Positions 1 through 11,959 of a stretch of DNA of 64,000 nt are shown piece after piece. The position numbers and the translations under genes are program-made. Origin of the DNA: Phoronis australis (taxonomy: Eukaryota; Animalia; Phoronida). Under the pieces are notes generated by a model. That model saw only the letters and a list, made by a program, of their open reading frames with translations. It was not told where the DNA came from and made no database searches. The stretch's first letter is position 1. Each line of letters starts with the position of its first letter. Where the stretch lies: assembly GCA_002633005.1 (NCBI GenBank), contig NMRA01000544.1, forward strand, positions 106,479 through 170,478, written 5' to 3'.

Positions 1-2112
1 CAATTCCTTGCTTGATGCTCATAATTTCTCACGTAGGCGCGTTGCTAAAACTTAACATATGCTTTTTATCTCTTTCAGCAATCATTGGTTTAGCCAATGA
101 ACAATACTTGGGACTGCGAATGGTCATCTTCCCCGGTGCTTCAAGGTGACTTCCCGTGATACGGCCAAAACGAACCTCTGTGCCGAAAAACGAGCAAAGA
201 CCCACAATAATTCTCACTTTTGTTGACATGGAATGTCTTAATTTGCTTTTGAAATTGTACTAAGCAACTATAATAATTTTGAAAATAACTTGTACCTTAT
301 TTTCCCATGGTATAGCTTACTAATATTTTCGTATTAAGCTTGTTTTGGTTTGTTTGGTAAACTTATCCAAGCCAATGCGTATTGTATTTTCAATAGGTCT
401 GCTATGTGTTTTTTCACTATTAAGGTTCTTTGGTTCATTTCGTACCGTAATGTGCCGTACCATCAACAATTAGCTCCCATAATCAGAGAACTTTTGTTGG
501 AATTGTTCGACGAAACTTTTTATGTAGCTGTTATTCGTTATGCAATTTTTATACCCCTGGTAGTGATCTCTTATGTTTTCATGTCATATCACTTTCCCTT
601 TTTTCTGTGCTTATTTCTATCTTTATTTATTGCATACTTTGAAATTGATGACAACTTTATGTGCGTAACAAGATTTATCGTTCATGATCCTATTTATGAC
701 CGTGCCCTGATTTCCGAAAATTTGTTTTTTAAGAAAAGACTTTCTTCAAGTGTTCACATACGGAGTCATGCTGCTAAGTGTCTCTAATAACTCACACAGG
801 AGGTTATTTCCTGTAAGTGTATATGATCATTTCCTTCGGAAAAGATTATCAATGATTTCCATTTATTTTCTCATTTTCTGCCCATTTGGCGTTTTTTACT
901 TCATTTTACTTGTAAAGAAATTTGTTAATGATTGATGCCGTGTTTATAAAAGAATATCATCTCCTGAGCGACTACTGTATTACCCGCATTGTCACGGTGA
1001 ATAAGTTGTTGTAGCCAAAACAAAAATCACACTGCGCATCAAGTAATGTGACATCTTATGCAGGGCTGCGTTCTGTAGACGCAAGAATCTTACGAAAACT
1101 CAAGAACACCCTAGAGTTCATGAGATATCGTCATGTATTACGCCTTGGGTTTCTACTGGGAACCAATACTTGTTCCTTGGTCTACGGAACCTTAACGTCT
1201 CATTCACAAAACACATAAATCCGAAGCCATCCATTGAACACTCGTCACCTCACCTTGTCACCACGTATATCCTAAGTGTTGGAAAATCTGTCGCGATGTT
1301 TGATAAGTTATAATAATGTGTATTTATTGTTAAAACTGTAAATGATTATATGAATATTAATAATAATGTTGTTGAGTTTGTGATTATTTTTGTTATCTAT
1401 AGTTATTATTGAGCATAATTGCATACGCAGCACGGGAAACCCAGTGGCTCTGTCTGGATACATTACGCGATCAGTATCAAAACTGAAACCAACGACATTT
1501 GCCCAACGAGTCATTTGGCATTAGGTTTGAGGATATTTAGAAAAACTGTACATGAAGCCTTTTGTTTTCTTTTATTATCATTTATTTGACAAATTCAGGT
1601 CAACTAAATGTAAATAAATCCAGTTGAAGTTTGAATTTGAAAGAATTGCTATTATACGATTTAAACCAAAATAAGTAACAAAGGCCCTTTCTGCTCGTTT
1701 AGAGAATTTTCGTCAAATAAGTGCGATCATAAAAGCTTAGTGGCTTTAGTCAGTCATGCTAAAGAACATCTGAGATGCTAGAGAATACAGCATAAATCCA
1801 AGCGATNGTAGACAAATTTGTGACTGAGCACGACCAGCCATAGAGTCAAATCACATATTATTTTCACCGAAGAGAATTTGGTCCAGGTTTTCACTCAAAG
1901 AGAAAGTGTTTGTGCCCTGAACGTCCAGGATCTTCCAGAAGAAATTCTGAACGAGGTATGGACTTCAATGTTTCACAGTGGATATTGGCTCAGTTTGAAC
2001 AGGCTCAGAATTCGTACCACCCAGAACTTTCGTCTTCAGGGGCCACAAGATAAACCAACTTTTCTTTCCTTTATACATGCATTATACACAGCTCTGACGA
2101 CAATGGGCACAA

Positions 2113-2766
2113 CATGGGCCACAACACCACGTTTATTACAAGATCTCTTTTTATCACTCTACTTGGTCTGCTCATTCAGCTTGTCCGAAGTCTGCTTTGC
2201 CAGGTTCTTATAGACCAGCTGGATGTTTGGTGTATCCACTTGGTACTTTATATGATATTTTCCCATTCGTCAGTTTGTATCCATTTGGTATTTATTATTG
2301 AGTATTCCGTTTTCCNTACAAGATCTCTTTTTATCACTCTACTTGGTCTGCTCATTCGGCTTGTCCGGAATTTGCTTTGCCAGGTTGTTATAGACCAGTT
2401 GGATGTTTGGTGTACCCACTTGGTACTTTATATGATATTTTCCCATTCGTCAGTTTGTATCCATTTGGTATTTATTATTGTGTATTCCGTTTTCCTCGAC
2501 CCACTTAGTAGGCAGTCAGCCAATACCCATTTTAGTATTTTATATGCATTTGGTAATACAGAAACTTGTGCCATTTTGTACGCGATACTCAGTTAGATAC
2601 TGGATATTTTAAATGCTTATGTTATCGCTTGTAATTAAGACACCCATCTGGTATCTTCTGTAAAATGATTAATTGTAGAGCCGTGACTGAACTTACCAAT
2701 ACAATTTAAGAGATATATATATATATATATATATTACTCTTGTGCTGATATACTTGTCCCCAATAA
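2113..2766. repeat. Diverged copy of the right-hand ~480 bp of the unclassified element at 6322-7699
   Basis: Colinear similarity to 7236-7699 (gccacaacaccacgtt...cagcttgtccg...gtacccacttggtac...cccatctggt) ending in the identical terminus ttgtccccaataa. Contains an internal ~190-bp duplication across a single n at 2316. Confidence 0.75.
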
Positions 2767-3974
2767 TCAAAACTCACTCGAGAAAAACTCTCCTAACGGT
2801 CTCTCAGAAATCACACACAGGGTGTTGGGGGTAATTTCTATACCTTATTTAAAAGTACGTGATGTGACCGTAATTACAAGACTAATCCATTCCCAGCAGA
2901 TATGAAATTGGAAAGTAAGACAAACTACAAATCTTTAATTTTAAGTCTGTTTTCATGAAACGGACCCTAGAAATGGTTCTGGTCTTGCGAATATGCCACG
3001 CCTTAGTGTCAATTGAACAGCAATGTTACCTGTGCAGTGGCAATAGTAGATCGCCGTTAGCACATGTATCGTGTAAGAAGACGTTGAAATGTAGATCAAT
3101 CGTTGCCTTGCAGTGTCCGTTTCTTGTAGTGGCAGGAACCACTTGNCTCTGTATTTGAGATAGCCTTCGAGAGTCAACAAAAAATAAAAACAGCTCCAAA
3201 ACTCTCTTTACCTTGGCAATCATCCTACAACATGACAAGAGGAAGCTTTCCATATATTTAGTACTTTCATCGCTTACAGTGTATTTTTGCTGTTCATTTG
3301 CCCTTTTGCCTTGTTTTTGAAACAGATGTTTCGATGTCAGCGTCACCACCGGTCTTGTCTCTAAGTAAATAAACAATGCATGAGTACATTTTATGACGCC
3401 CTGAATGAATATCCGAATTGCGTCAATATCTTTGAGAAAGATTCTAGATTTGAAAAATCGTCTGATATACTTCTCAATTTTGGGAAGATGATGATTTAGA
3501 TCTTCCCAATTTCAGCTTGCATTTAAGATCATTGAATTAAGCGTCATGCATTCTTACAAAACACCTAAAAGGTGAGCTTCTAACTGTCAAAACTAATCTA
3601 CAAGTCAGTCGATAGTCGTAAAATAAACGCACATATAATCAAGCAACCAACAAATTCGTTTTTTATCAAAACAGAATATTAAACCAATATTCGAAGGTGT
3701 GCTCGCAGATTTTTGACTGGCAACAGGGTAAACATGGAGGACACTGCATCCCAGGACGTTTGGGATTTCGCCCAGAAATTTTCGGAATTTATTCGTATTT
3801 TGGTTCNTGCTCGCAGATATTTGACGGGCAACAGGGGAAACATGGAAGACACGGCATCCCACGACGTTTGGGATTTCGCCCAGAAATTTTCGGAATTTAT
3901 TCGTATTTTGGTTCATCCTACAGTTGGCTGTTACGATTGATGAGTTAAACTCGAGCTTAAAAATTGCTGAAATA

Positions 3975-4654
3975 TTTTTATATGCACTAACTGCGAAGCG
4001 ATACCGAAGCTAGTTTACAGTGAAACAACACGTGTAGTTGAGATAAAAGGTCATATATATTATGACAAACTAAACTACTACAGATATCAGTAATTACAAA
4101 AGTTATATAACATGTTGAACTGTAAAGGTGGGTGACAATCTGCCTCCAAGGAAGGTACATGTATACACAAGTGGTGAATAGTAAGTTAAGAAACAATATG
4201 CGGAAGCATAACAACAACACCGCGACAGCGACATGTGAAATTTGAGGATAAGAGAGAAAGAAAGAAAATTGGTTTGAGGGCGGGGGGGAAAAGAAATTGA
4301 GTGAAAAATGAAAGTTGGAGCAAATTGTTGTCGATGGCCCAGTGTTGCGACAAGACAAAGAGATCACGTGGTACAATTGAACCAATAATGATAGAAAAGA
4401 GGGTCACTGACCTGAGAATCCAAACAATATGATAATGAGGGTGAGGCAGTATAGCTTACATAAAATAATTTAATACTTAAATAGTTTTTATATGCGCTAA
4501 CTGCGAAGCGATACCGAAGCTAGTTTACAGTGAAACAACACGTGTAGTTGAGATAAAAGGTCTTATATATTATGACAAACTAAACTACCACAGATATCAG
4601 TAATTACAAAAGTTATATAACATGTTGAATTGTAAAGGTGGGTGACAATCTGCC
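3975..4654 (-). repeat. Split direct repeats of the Ngaro element: B1 4485-4654, A2 4145-4484, B2 3975-4144
   Basis: Two near-identical 170-bp copies 510 bp apart (ttttta tatgc.ctaactgcgaagcgataccgaagctag...gtgggtgacaatctgcc). The B1-A2-B2 arrangement is the established Ngaro 3' end. The A2 label is inferred because A1 is absent. Confidence 0.85.
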
Positions 4655-5165
4655 ACAGATGCAGCAGAAGGATGCATCCGCCCACCCAAGCGAGAGCGAG
4701 CGAGGCTGATGAAATGTAGCATAAGAAAACGGGGGCAAGGTAAGCCCGTAAAAGGAAAATACAAACATGGAGTGGTACAGCTAGGTAGCATGACACAAGA
4801 AAAACAAAAGCATGGAGCGACAAAACAAAATGTCGAAACCATAGTAATTGAAACCCAGTAGAATATAAAGCTAACATGAATAGATAAAAATGAAGGAATA
4901 TACATAAGGGACATATCAACCTACCAAAAGCATGCTGTCCATACAGGTATAAGTACACAAAAACGGTGACATGCACAAACAACATACATATAATCAACAG
5001 CAAAAGGAGTCCCGGACAAAAGTAAACCTATATAAAGTATGGAAAAAAATGCTAAGTAGAGGATAACCCGTAATAGGGCATGAGGTAAACCAACAACAAA
5101 TATAAAAGGGGCGGGAAAGACTGCCCGGGAGGGAGAACCCCAAAAAGGTGAGTGGAAAAGGCGTG

Positions 5166-6260
5166 TCAATGAAAATGGGGAATAAGGGAACTAAGACACT
5201 GGCAATACAGGCGTCTGAGGGTGATAAATGGTGTGAGTGAAAGAGACACTGGCAATACAGGTGCCCATGAATGGGACACTGGCAATACAGTTGCCCCGCG
5301 ATGAAAAGGGAATGGTGAGTGAGGGGGGGGCACTGGCAATACAGATGCCCCAGGATGAAGAGGAGGTGTAAGGCGACCCATACGCTGAACGGTGGAGTCC
5401 GGAATTTGGAGGGTAGCAGCGGAGGTGGCTGCACCAATACGAAAACTATGAGATTTATAGCGTTGAGGATCGAGACCGACGCACCCAAGTACTAAGTTAA
5501 GGTGGCGAGTGAAGTAAGAGCAAGTTATGGGGGAACCATTAGGTAACTGGATGAGAGGGCCGGAAGAGTGGTTGGAGAGAGTGAGGTAGTGTTGAAGGGT
5601 TGCAACAGGGAAATGGGAACCGGTAGAAAGGGGGATAACGAGAACGTTAGGGGTGTGATCGTGATGTTTGAAGTGGGAGATAGTGAGAGACATGGACGCA
5701 GAAGTGACAGAGACATCAGAGACCTGGAGCACAGAGAATGGGGATGAGGCAGAGGTGGCGACAGTAAATTCGCTAACACGAAGGAGGGCGTGAAAGGCAG
5801 TGGAAAACATAGCGGCACAGAGAGATGCATGGAAATGAGAGTTGAGAGCAGAGGGCAGGGCGTTGAGAAGGCGGTGAAGAATAGGTGTAGTTATGGGGAG
5901 CCGGGTGTCCACGGATGGCCGCGAATTGGACACCCCCTTCAGAATTTTCTTGACCAGAAAAGAGGAGGTAGGGTCAGGCAAGGAGTCCAGTTTATGAATG
6001 AAACCGATGGCGGAGACATAGGTAGAGATTGTAGATGCAGTTAAGCCAGACGAGAAGAGATGGGCTACGTAAGAAGCTAAGGTCGATGTGGAGACGGGAA
6101 ACACAGGCAAGGGGCATGCTGATGAGGAATGGTAGTGGAAGAAATGTGAAAGGGCGCGGCGGTAAGTTGAAATGGTTGATGGGGCAAGGGACGACTGGAG
6201 GAGCGAAGTCAGAACGTGGGGAGGTGCTGTGGAACTGTGGTCGGTGTTGGAGAGAGCCAT
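5166..6260 (-). pseudogene. Tyrosine recombinase ORF of the Ngaro element, C-terminus disrupted
   Basis: SLAPSTISTYRRA (SAM-like N-terminus), LLRVSEF (R), HFKH (K), YKSHSFRIGAATSAA (HxxR), QRMGR. The expected W-S-x4-Y segment with the catalytic Tyr is missing after MGR (~5372). Confidence 0.88.
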
Positions 6261-6321
6261 GAAGCCACGGAAAAGGCATCCTGGAAAAGAAAGCGAGACA
6301 ACTTATCGGCAATGAAATTAG
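6209..6321 (-). pseudogene. C-terminal piece of the Ngaro RNase H, displaced by an insertion
   Basis: Joining 7700 to 6321 restores ...KAKHIPGK-T-NFIADKLSRFLFQDAFSVASWLSPTPTTVPQHLPTF*, which contains the conserved HIPGxxNxxADxLSR motif and overlaps the recombinase start. Confidence 0.85.
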
Positions 6322-7699
6322 TTACAAAAAATAACATCCAAAATAAAACTTTAACAATCTTTCTGTTTTCAGAAAACATGTCCAGTTTCCGAGTACAATT
6401 TTGCAGCGAGTTTCCTTAACAGCACATGCTTCTGGTAGGTTACTATCCAGCCATTGTCACACCGCCCACCTTTTCTGGTTCGCAAGTTAATCGTGCCACT
6501 GCAATACCAACAGTTGCGCATAATTTCTTGACCTGAGCACATAGGAACCTGAACGTCAGTTATATTCAGCTGAGCTACCCTAGCTCCTACACGGTGCATT
6601 AGATTCGTACTACTCCAGGGAGAGGGGCACTAAACTTGGGTATTAAAGTGTGCCCTAAACCGGCTAATTTCGCCAGGACTTGCTGCGATTCGAGTGAGTG
6701 TGATTTGGGTTTTTGGGCGGCTTGGACCCGGGGAAGGCCCGGTCGGGAGCTTTGGGTGGCCCTGTATCATGCGATGCTCGGGTGGGAACCACTGCAGGTC
6801 CTCCAGGTATGTTTGTGCCTGCACTGTTCCGTAATGTAATTTCCCTCGTAGTAAAGAAATAGGATTGTCTGGTAAGTAGGTGTGGTATGGTGTCAGTAGA
6901 GGTGCCGGTAATGTACAGCAACCACAACTCCGGCTCTATCGTAAACCAGGGTGTGACTGGGTTTCGAGCTCTGCTGGAGCGGTACTGCTCATCGTGAGGT
7001 ATCCAAACTGTCCTCGTGGGCTGTGCCCCAAGTCGACCGCCGTGCCTGCACTCCGGAAGGGGGGGATGAGCTTCAATGGTTATGGAGGCAAATCCGGGAA
7101 TGGCATCGGTCCTTTTCTCATTGCTTCCGACTACCTTTTTTCCACCAACCCCTGCCACTCCTCTACCAGGGTCACGGCCCCCACGCGGGTTGTGGCGGTG
7201 GACAGGATTGTTCATCCATGAACAACTCTGCCCATGTGGCACATACTGAGCCACAACACCACGTTCCTTACAATATCTCTTTTTATCACTCCGGCTGGTC
7301 TGCTCACTCAGCTTGTCCGGAACCCTGCTTTGCAGGTTGTTATAGCCCAGTTGGCTGTTTGGTGTACCCACTTGGTACTTTGTATGATATTTGCCCATTT
7401 GGCAGTTTGTACCCACTTGGTACTTGTTATTGAATTTGCCGTTTTGCTCGACCCAGTTGGTAGGCAATCGGCCAATACCCATTTGGTATTATGTACCCAT
7501 TTGGTACTATGCTAACCTGTGCCACTTAGCATCCGATACTCAATTGTACTTTGGGTATCGGAAATGTGTGTGTTATCTCTTAATTAAGGAACCCATCTGG
7601 TTCCCTCTGTGAAATATTTATTTGTAGAGGTGTGACCCTGAAATTCCCAATACAACTTAAAATATACATTATTATTGTTGTTTTATTTGTCCCCAATAA
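6322..7699. mobile_element. Unclassified 1378-bp insertion interrupting the Ngaro RNase H
   Basis: Boundaries set by restoring the RNase H frame. Termini ttacaa...caataa, with no TSD or at most TT. The right end is shared with the copy ending at 2766. No recognisable transposase. Confidence 0.8.
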
Positions 7700-9295
7700 T
7701 TTTGCCAGGGATGTGTTTGGCCTTGAAATGGATATTATGGTGTAGGGTAGAGAGGACCAGGCGTCGGACGAGGCGCATAATGTTAGGGTCCGTAGAGGAA
7801 GTCTTATTGATGATATGAACCACGGAATGGTTGTCGCACATGAAAAGAATACGATGGTTAGCAAGTTTGGGTCCCCAGATTTCTAAGGCAAGAACGATGG
7901 GGAAGAGCTCCTTGAAGGTGATGGGAAAATGAGAGATGGATGAGGACCAAGGGCCAGAAAACCAATTAGACCCGCAAACTGCGGCGAATCCCCCGTGGAC
8001 CGAGGCCGAATCAGTATACAGTTTGAGTGATTGAGAAGAGGTCCAATGCTCAAAAAGGAACATGGATTTGCCGTTGAAGGAGTGGAGGAATGTACGCCAA
8101 GCACGAATGTTCGCACGGGATTCTTTGGTGAGAGTGACGTGATGATGAGGCTGAGATATGCCAAGGGTGAGATCGTTGAGGCGATGGAGGAAGGCTCGGC
8201 CGGGAATGATGACAAGGCAAGCGAAATTGAGAAAGCCAATGAGAGACTGAAGATCACGTAGAAGGACCGACCTTTTATTCTGGAAGGACTGGAGGAGATG
8301 TAGGGCCTTAGTGAGTTTGTCCTGGGGAAGGGAAGCCGTCATGGATTGGGAGTCGAGATGAAGGCCGTAGATAGTGATGGAGGTCCTTGGAAGGACGGTC
8401 TTTTTGTGATTGATGGGGACGCCGATTTCTTCACAGAAAGTGAGAAACGTACGGAGATACGAGGAACATAAAGGGGAATTAGGGGGCCGACAAAAAAGAA
8501 GTCGTCAAGGTGGGACACCCCTGGGACATTGAATTTATTTTGAAGAATCCATTGAAAGGATGAGCTGATGAGTTCAAAAATGTTGCATGAGGAAGAAAGA
8601 CCAAAGGGGAGACAACGGTCAAAGTAATATTGACCGGCCCAAACAAATCCAAGGAAACGATAGTCAGAAGGATGTATGGGAACAAGACGGAAAGCATCCT
8701 GTATGTCCGTTTTAGCCATGAGAGAATTGTGACCAGAGCGGCGGACTAGAAACATGGCGTTTTCAATGGTTTCATAGTGAACCTGAGAGAAGGATAAGGG
8801 AATATGAGAGTTAGCGGAATCGGTATCCCGAGATGGGTATGAAAGGTTATGGATAAGGCGAAATTTACCGGAGTCTTTCTTAGGTATAAGCCCCAGAGGG
8901 GAAGTGATTAAACTGTCGAATGGAGGGTACTGGTGGGGTCCGGAGTAGCGGCCACAGGTGACCTCGTGCTGTATTGTGTGTTCAGTCACGACAGAGTTGA
9001 GGACCGCTGATGGGTGGTTATGAGGAGGTGAGGAGGATAACATGGAGGAAACACCGATACGGAAACCACAAGTGAAACCATGAATGATGCGAACAGTAAG
9101 GGAGGATGGATAACCAAGGAGATATGGTTCAAGTTTATTTATTTTATGGGTGTTGTAAGGTCGGGTGGAGGTGGAGGTGGTTCGCGGTGTTGGTTGAGGG
9201 TGGGAGGGGGGTAGGGCAAGCAGAGGCGGGGTGGAAGCCATTGCAAGTGATACAGCGGTGGATGTAGCGACAGTGCTGTTGAGGGCAGAATGCAC
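7700..9295 (-). pseudogene. DIRS/Ngaro reverse transcriptase-RNase H (pol), one frameshift at ~8484
   Basis: SPLGLIPKKDSGKFRLIHNLS, AKTDIQDAFRLVPIHP, LPFGLSSS, HLDDFFFVG. Adding one base in the G-run at 8482-8486 continues into GVPINHKKT...LQSLIGFLNFA...LYTDSA...KELFPI...CDNHSVV (RNase H D-E-D residues). Confidence 0.92.
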
Positions 9296-9371
9296 AGTTG
9301 AACCGCCGGCAAAAACCGCTGGGGTGTGAGGCAGCTGAACGTGGTTGGAGAAATTGGGGACGAAAGGACTG
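9144..9371 (-). pseudogene. 3' end of Ngaro gag with Cys/His zinc-finger, overlapping the pol start
   Basis: Manual translation: QSFRPQ...GFCRRFNCAFCPQQHCRYIHRCITCNGFHPASACP...QHP*. The CxxFN...C..CxYxHxCxxCxGxHxxxxC pattern is typical of DIRS/Ngaro gag ends. Confidence 0.8.
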
Positions 9372-9436
9372 TGAGCGTGTACTGTCAGAACGCTTACTGT
9401 ACAGTACTTTAAGTACCTTTATGCCTTAGACATGTT

Positions 9437-10177
9437 CACTGTCACGGGTAAGAAACAAAACGACCGCTGGACCCAAAACATCACCACAAGTCCTCCAAAT
9501 CAGGCTGACTCGCCACAAAATAGGACCTATGGGGATCATATGAGACTGTCGCACCAGAAAATGGAACTGACGCACCTAAAAACAAGACCGCCGAACAAAA
9601 TGTAGTTATCAATGATACAGCGGGGTTTGATGTAACCCGCCAGCTAGCTGTATGAAGTCTATCCCCAAACTACAGCCTGGTAGCCCGTGCGTTAAGCCCC
9701 GTCAGACCCCAAAATTTAATAAAGCCCGGGTGGTTCTGCTCGCCATCTGCAGAACTAACGACCGGCGGAGGTGCATGCAAAATCTGGGAATCAACCGACA
9801 CTCACCTTGCCCGTTGCAGCCGTTTGAGTGAAAAACAATTTAATGAACGTCATTTTCTTGCATAATTCTTTGCCTTTTGTATCCAAAAATCTGTCGCGGT
9901 CGATTCATAAGGTGCATAAGACCTGCACGTAGGCCTGCACTGTCAAATGACGGGTCATAAAACTTAGCCTGCCTGTCATTGCGGTCAAAAAATAATCCAC
10001 GGGTATCATGTTCAGTCTCCGGCGGTCCTGTTTTTTGGTGGAGCGGTCATGTTTTTAGGTTAGTCGGTCCCATTTTCTGCTGCGGCGGTCCCATTTGATC
10101 CCCGTAGGTCCTGATTTGTGGTGATTCGGTCCGTTTTGGAGGACCGGCGGTCATGTTGTTTCTCACCCATGACTCTG
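9437..10177. mobile_element. Non-autonomous foldback/MITE-like element with ~160-bp imperfect terminal inverted arms
   Basis: 9437-9600 is the reverse complement of ~10020-10177 (gtcacgggtaagaaacaa...ggacctatggggatca vs tgatccccgtaggtcc...ttgtttctcacccatgac). Arms are built of ~21-bp gaccg-containing subrepeats. No clear TSD. Confidence 0.7.
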
Positions 10178-11959
10178 CACGGTCATCAAAATTGGACCTC
10201 CCACAATCTGATTGACATATGCAAAATTGAAGGTTAATTCTATCATTGAGCAACCTTCCAAGAAGTGACATTCTGTAACAAGAAGCTGACAGTGTGTGAT
10301 TTAAAAAAACGGAGTACAGAAGTAATCAATTCCAACAGTGTGACTTATCTCCGTGAGCACTAAGTTTTTTCAATAAAAACACAAAATGGGTGACTGCGTG
10401 GATGGCCACGACGGATCTCTCAATACGAAAAGGTTTATTACTTCAATAAACAGAAAATGAACAGTTATTGGGGCTATCTGTTTGGTTATCAACCTTTAAC
10501 TAATGACTTAAAATTTTTTTTTGACAAAAAAGGAAGAAATACACTGACGTAACGGGGGACTTGAAAAATATATTTTTGCATCGAATTTAAATGAAAAAAA
10601 CAATGAATTAACGTTATGTGTAAAAGCTGCGCTTTAAACACTTCATCGAATTTTTGAAATACTTGCACGAATGACTAAGTGCAAATTTAAAGTGCTTTTA
10701 TGCTATCTGTGCTGCAAACGATTGGACACTCTAACAATGATGTCCTTGCTAGTGCTCTTAAAGGGTAAATCAAGCTACGGTAGTTGACAAACGTTTCATG
10801 AATTTTCTCTTCCGTTTGTTTCCCTGTCTTGCTTTTCTCCGCTATCCCTGGTAGTCCACGCCTATACAAGTTAACACGAACTAATTATGACGCCTGAAAA
10901 CTTTAAAGAAGCATATGCCCCACCCCCGCTTCTTATGTCCCTTTGTAAATATTTACTCTGACGTGGAACATTCGCTGGTTGACATCAACTTCATCACTCA
11001 ACCTTTCCGTCAACGCCAACGCACCTATTCCGTGTTTCAGGCAAAGGTCACGTGTTGCTTTCAGGTATCATATGGAGTTCAATAGTTAGTTTGCATTTCA
11101 ACAGCAGTTTTGGTAGAGAGCCAATATGCTCAAACATGGGTATCAAAATTTGGATTTAAAATTGCTGCGTCCTTGTTGTTTACTGTGTGGTGTTGGAAAA
11201 ACTTAATATGTTTTTCCTTAATTATTGTTAGAGAAAGGATTTATACCCTTGTTGGGTAGTATTTTCTTATTTTTAAAAGAAACAAGAGTTCAGCAACTTT
11301 AAGTAACTTAACAATCACCCACTTCCGTTTAATACAACCACGCACAGCGAAAAGGTCACGATAAAAAAGTGTCACAAAGTAGGATTGCAGAAATTTAAAG
11401 ACTGTTTTGTCTTCAAACGTATTATCCTAATGTTTCCAAAGTTAAGAGATACAATTTTGAAGGCTTTCTTGTGAATAATTTCCGTCAAACCTGACGCAAA
11501 ATATTATCTTTTTTCAGTGTAGTGAAATTGGAGCTAAACATGCCAAAACCATAATTGATAGCCATTTTGATTACAATTCAATGTATAGGCTGAGAAGACG
11601 TTTCCATGGTAAGTGAAATAACTTAATCGATCAAAAAAGCATACAACTTCAATAAATGGCGTAGTACGTGATAATGGTAATACAAGCAACGTGTTTCTGA
11701 GGTGACAAAACACGTGCGCAAGACAAAAGTATACTCGCCCCGAAATCTTGTCTGTACATGGGTATTATGGTGGCCTCAAACCTGCAGCGAGAATTACAAA
11801 GTCGACAAAACACAAATCACGCTGTTCAGTGCACATTATATTTTCTGCATTATGATATTTTAACATTCACGCTGCGGGAAAATGTTTACCCTACATCTTG
11901 GCCTATTTCATGTCGAGGCGCCCTCAGTCTGTTGTCCTCTTATTCTTTAGGAAAAATCT

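Larger units (their letters stand above)
3975..9371 (-). mobile_element. Ngaro-type (DIRS order) tyrosine-recombinase retrotransposon, 5'-truncated and decayed
   Basis: Minus-strand order: gag zinc-finger end, RT, RNase H, overlapping tyrosine recombinase, then split direct repeats B1-A2-B2. No A1 or gag N-terminus found above ~9371. Confidence 0.9.

Noticed and set aside
1-900. Stop-interrupted coding-like sequence on the minus strand
   Set aside because: No family motif recognised. It may be a decayed transposon ORF but this cannot be supported.
1878-2213. F-box-like stretch VQDLPEEILNEVW
   Set aside because: The match is too short, the rest of the F-box is not evident, and there is no splice or start support.
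2130-2495. ~190-bp tandem duplication producing a repeated hydrophobic 160-aa ORF (2114-2596)
   Set aside because: The copies are separated by a single n (2316), typical of contig or haplotype joins, and the ORF lies in repeat sequence.
3700-3914. ~107-bp tandem duplication with ORFs in several frames
   Set aside because: Also split by a single n (3807), so probably an assembly artefact. No recognisable protein.
4700-4745. CTGATGA...GAAA hammerhead-like words in the Ngaro 3' region
   Set aside because: Stem II is only 3 bp and offset, and no stem III, cleavage triplet or stem I can be formed.
3987-5169. Hydrophobic minus-strand ORFs downstream of the recombinase (possible extra Ngaro ORF)
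   Set aside because: Low-complexity T-rich translations of terminal repeats and UTR, with no SGNH-hydrolase or methyltransferase motifs.
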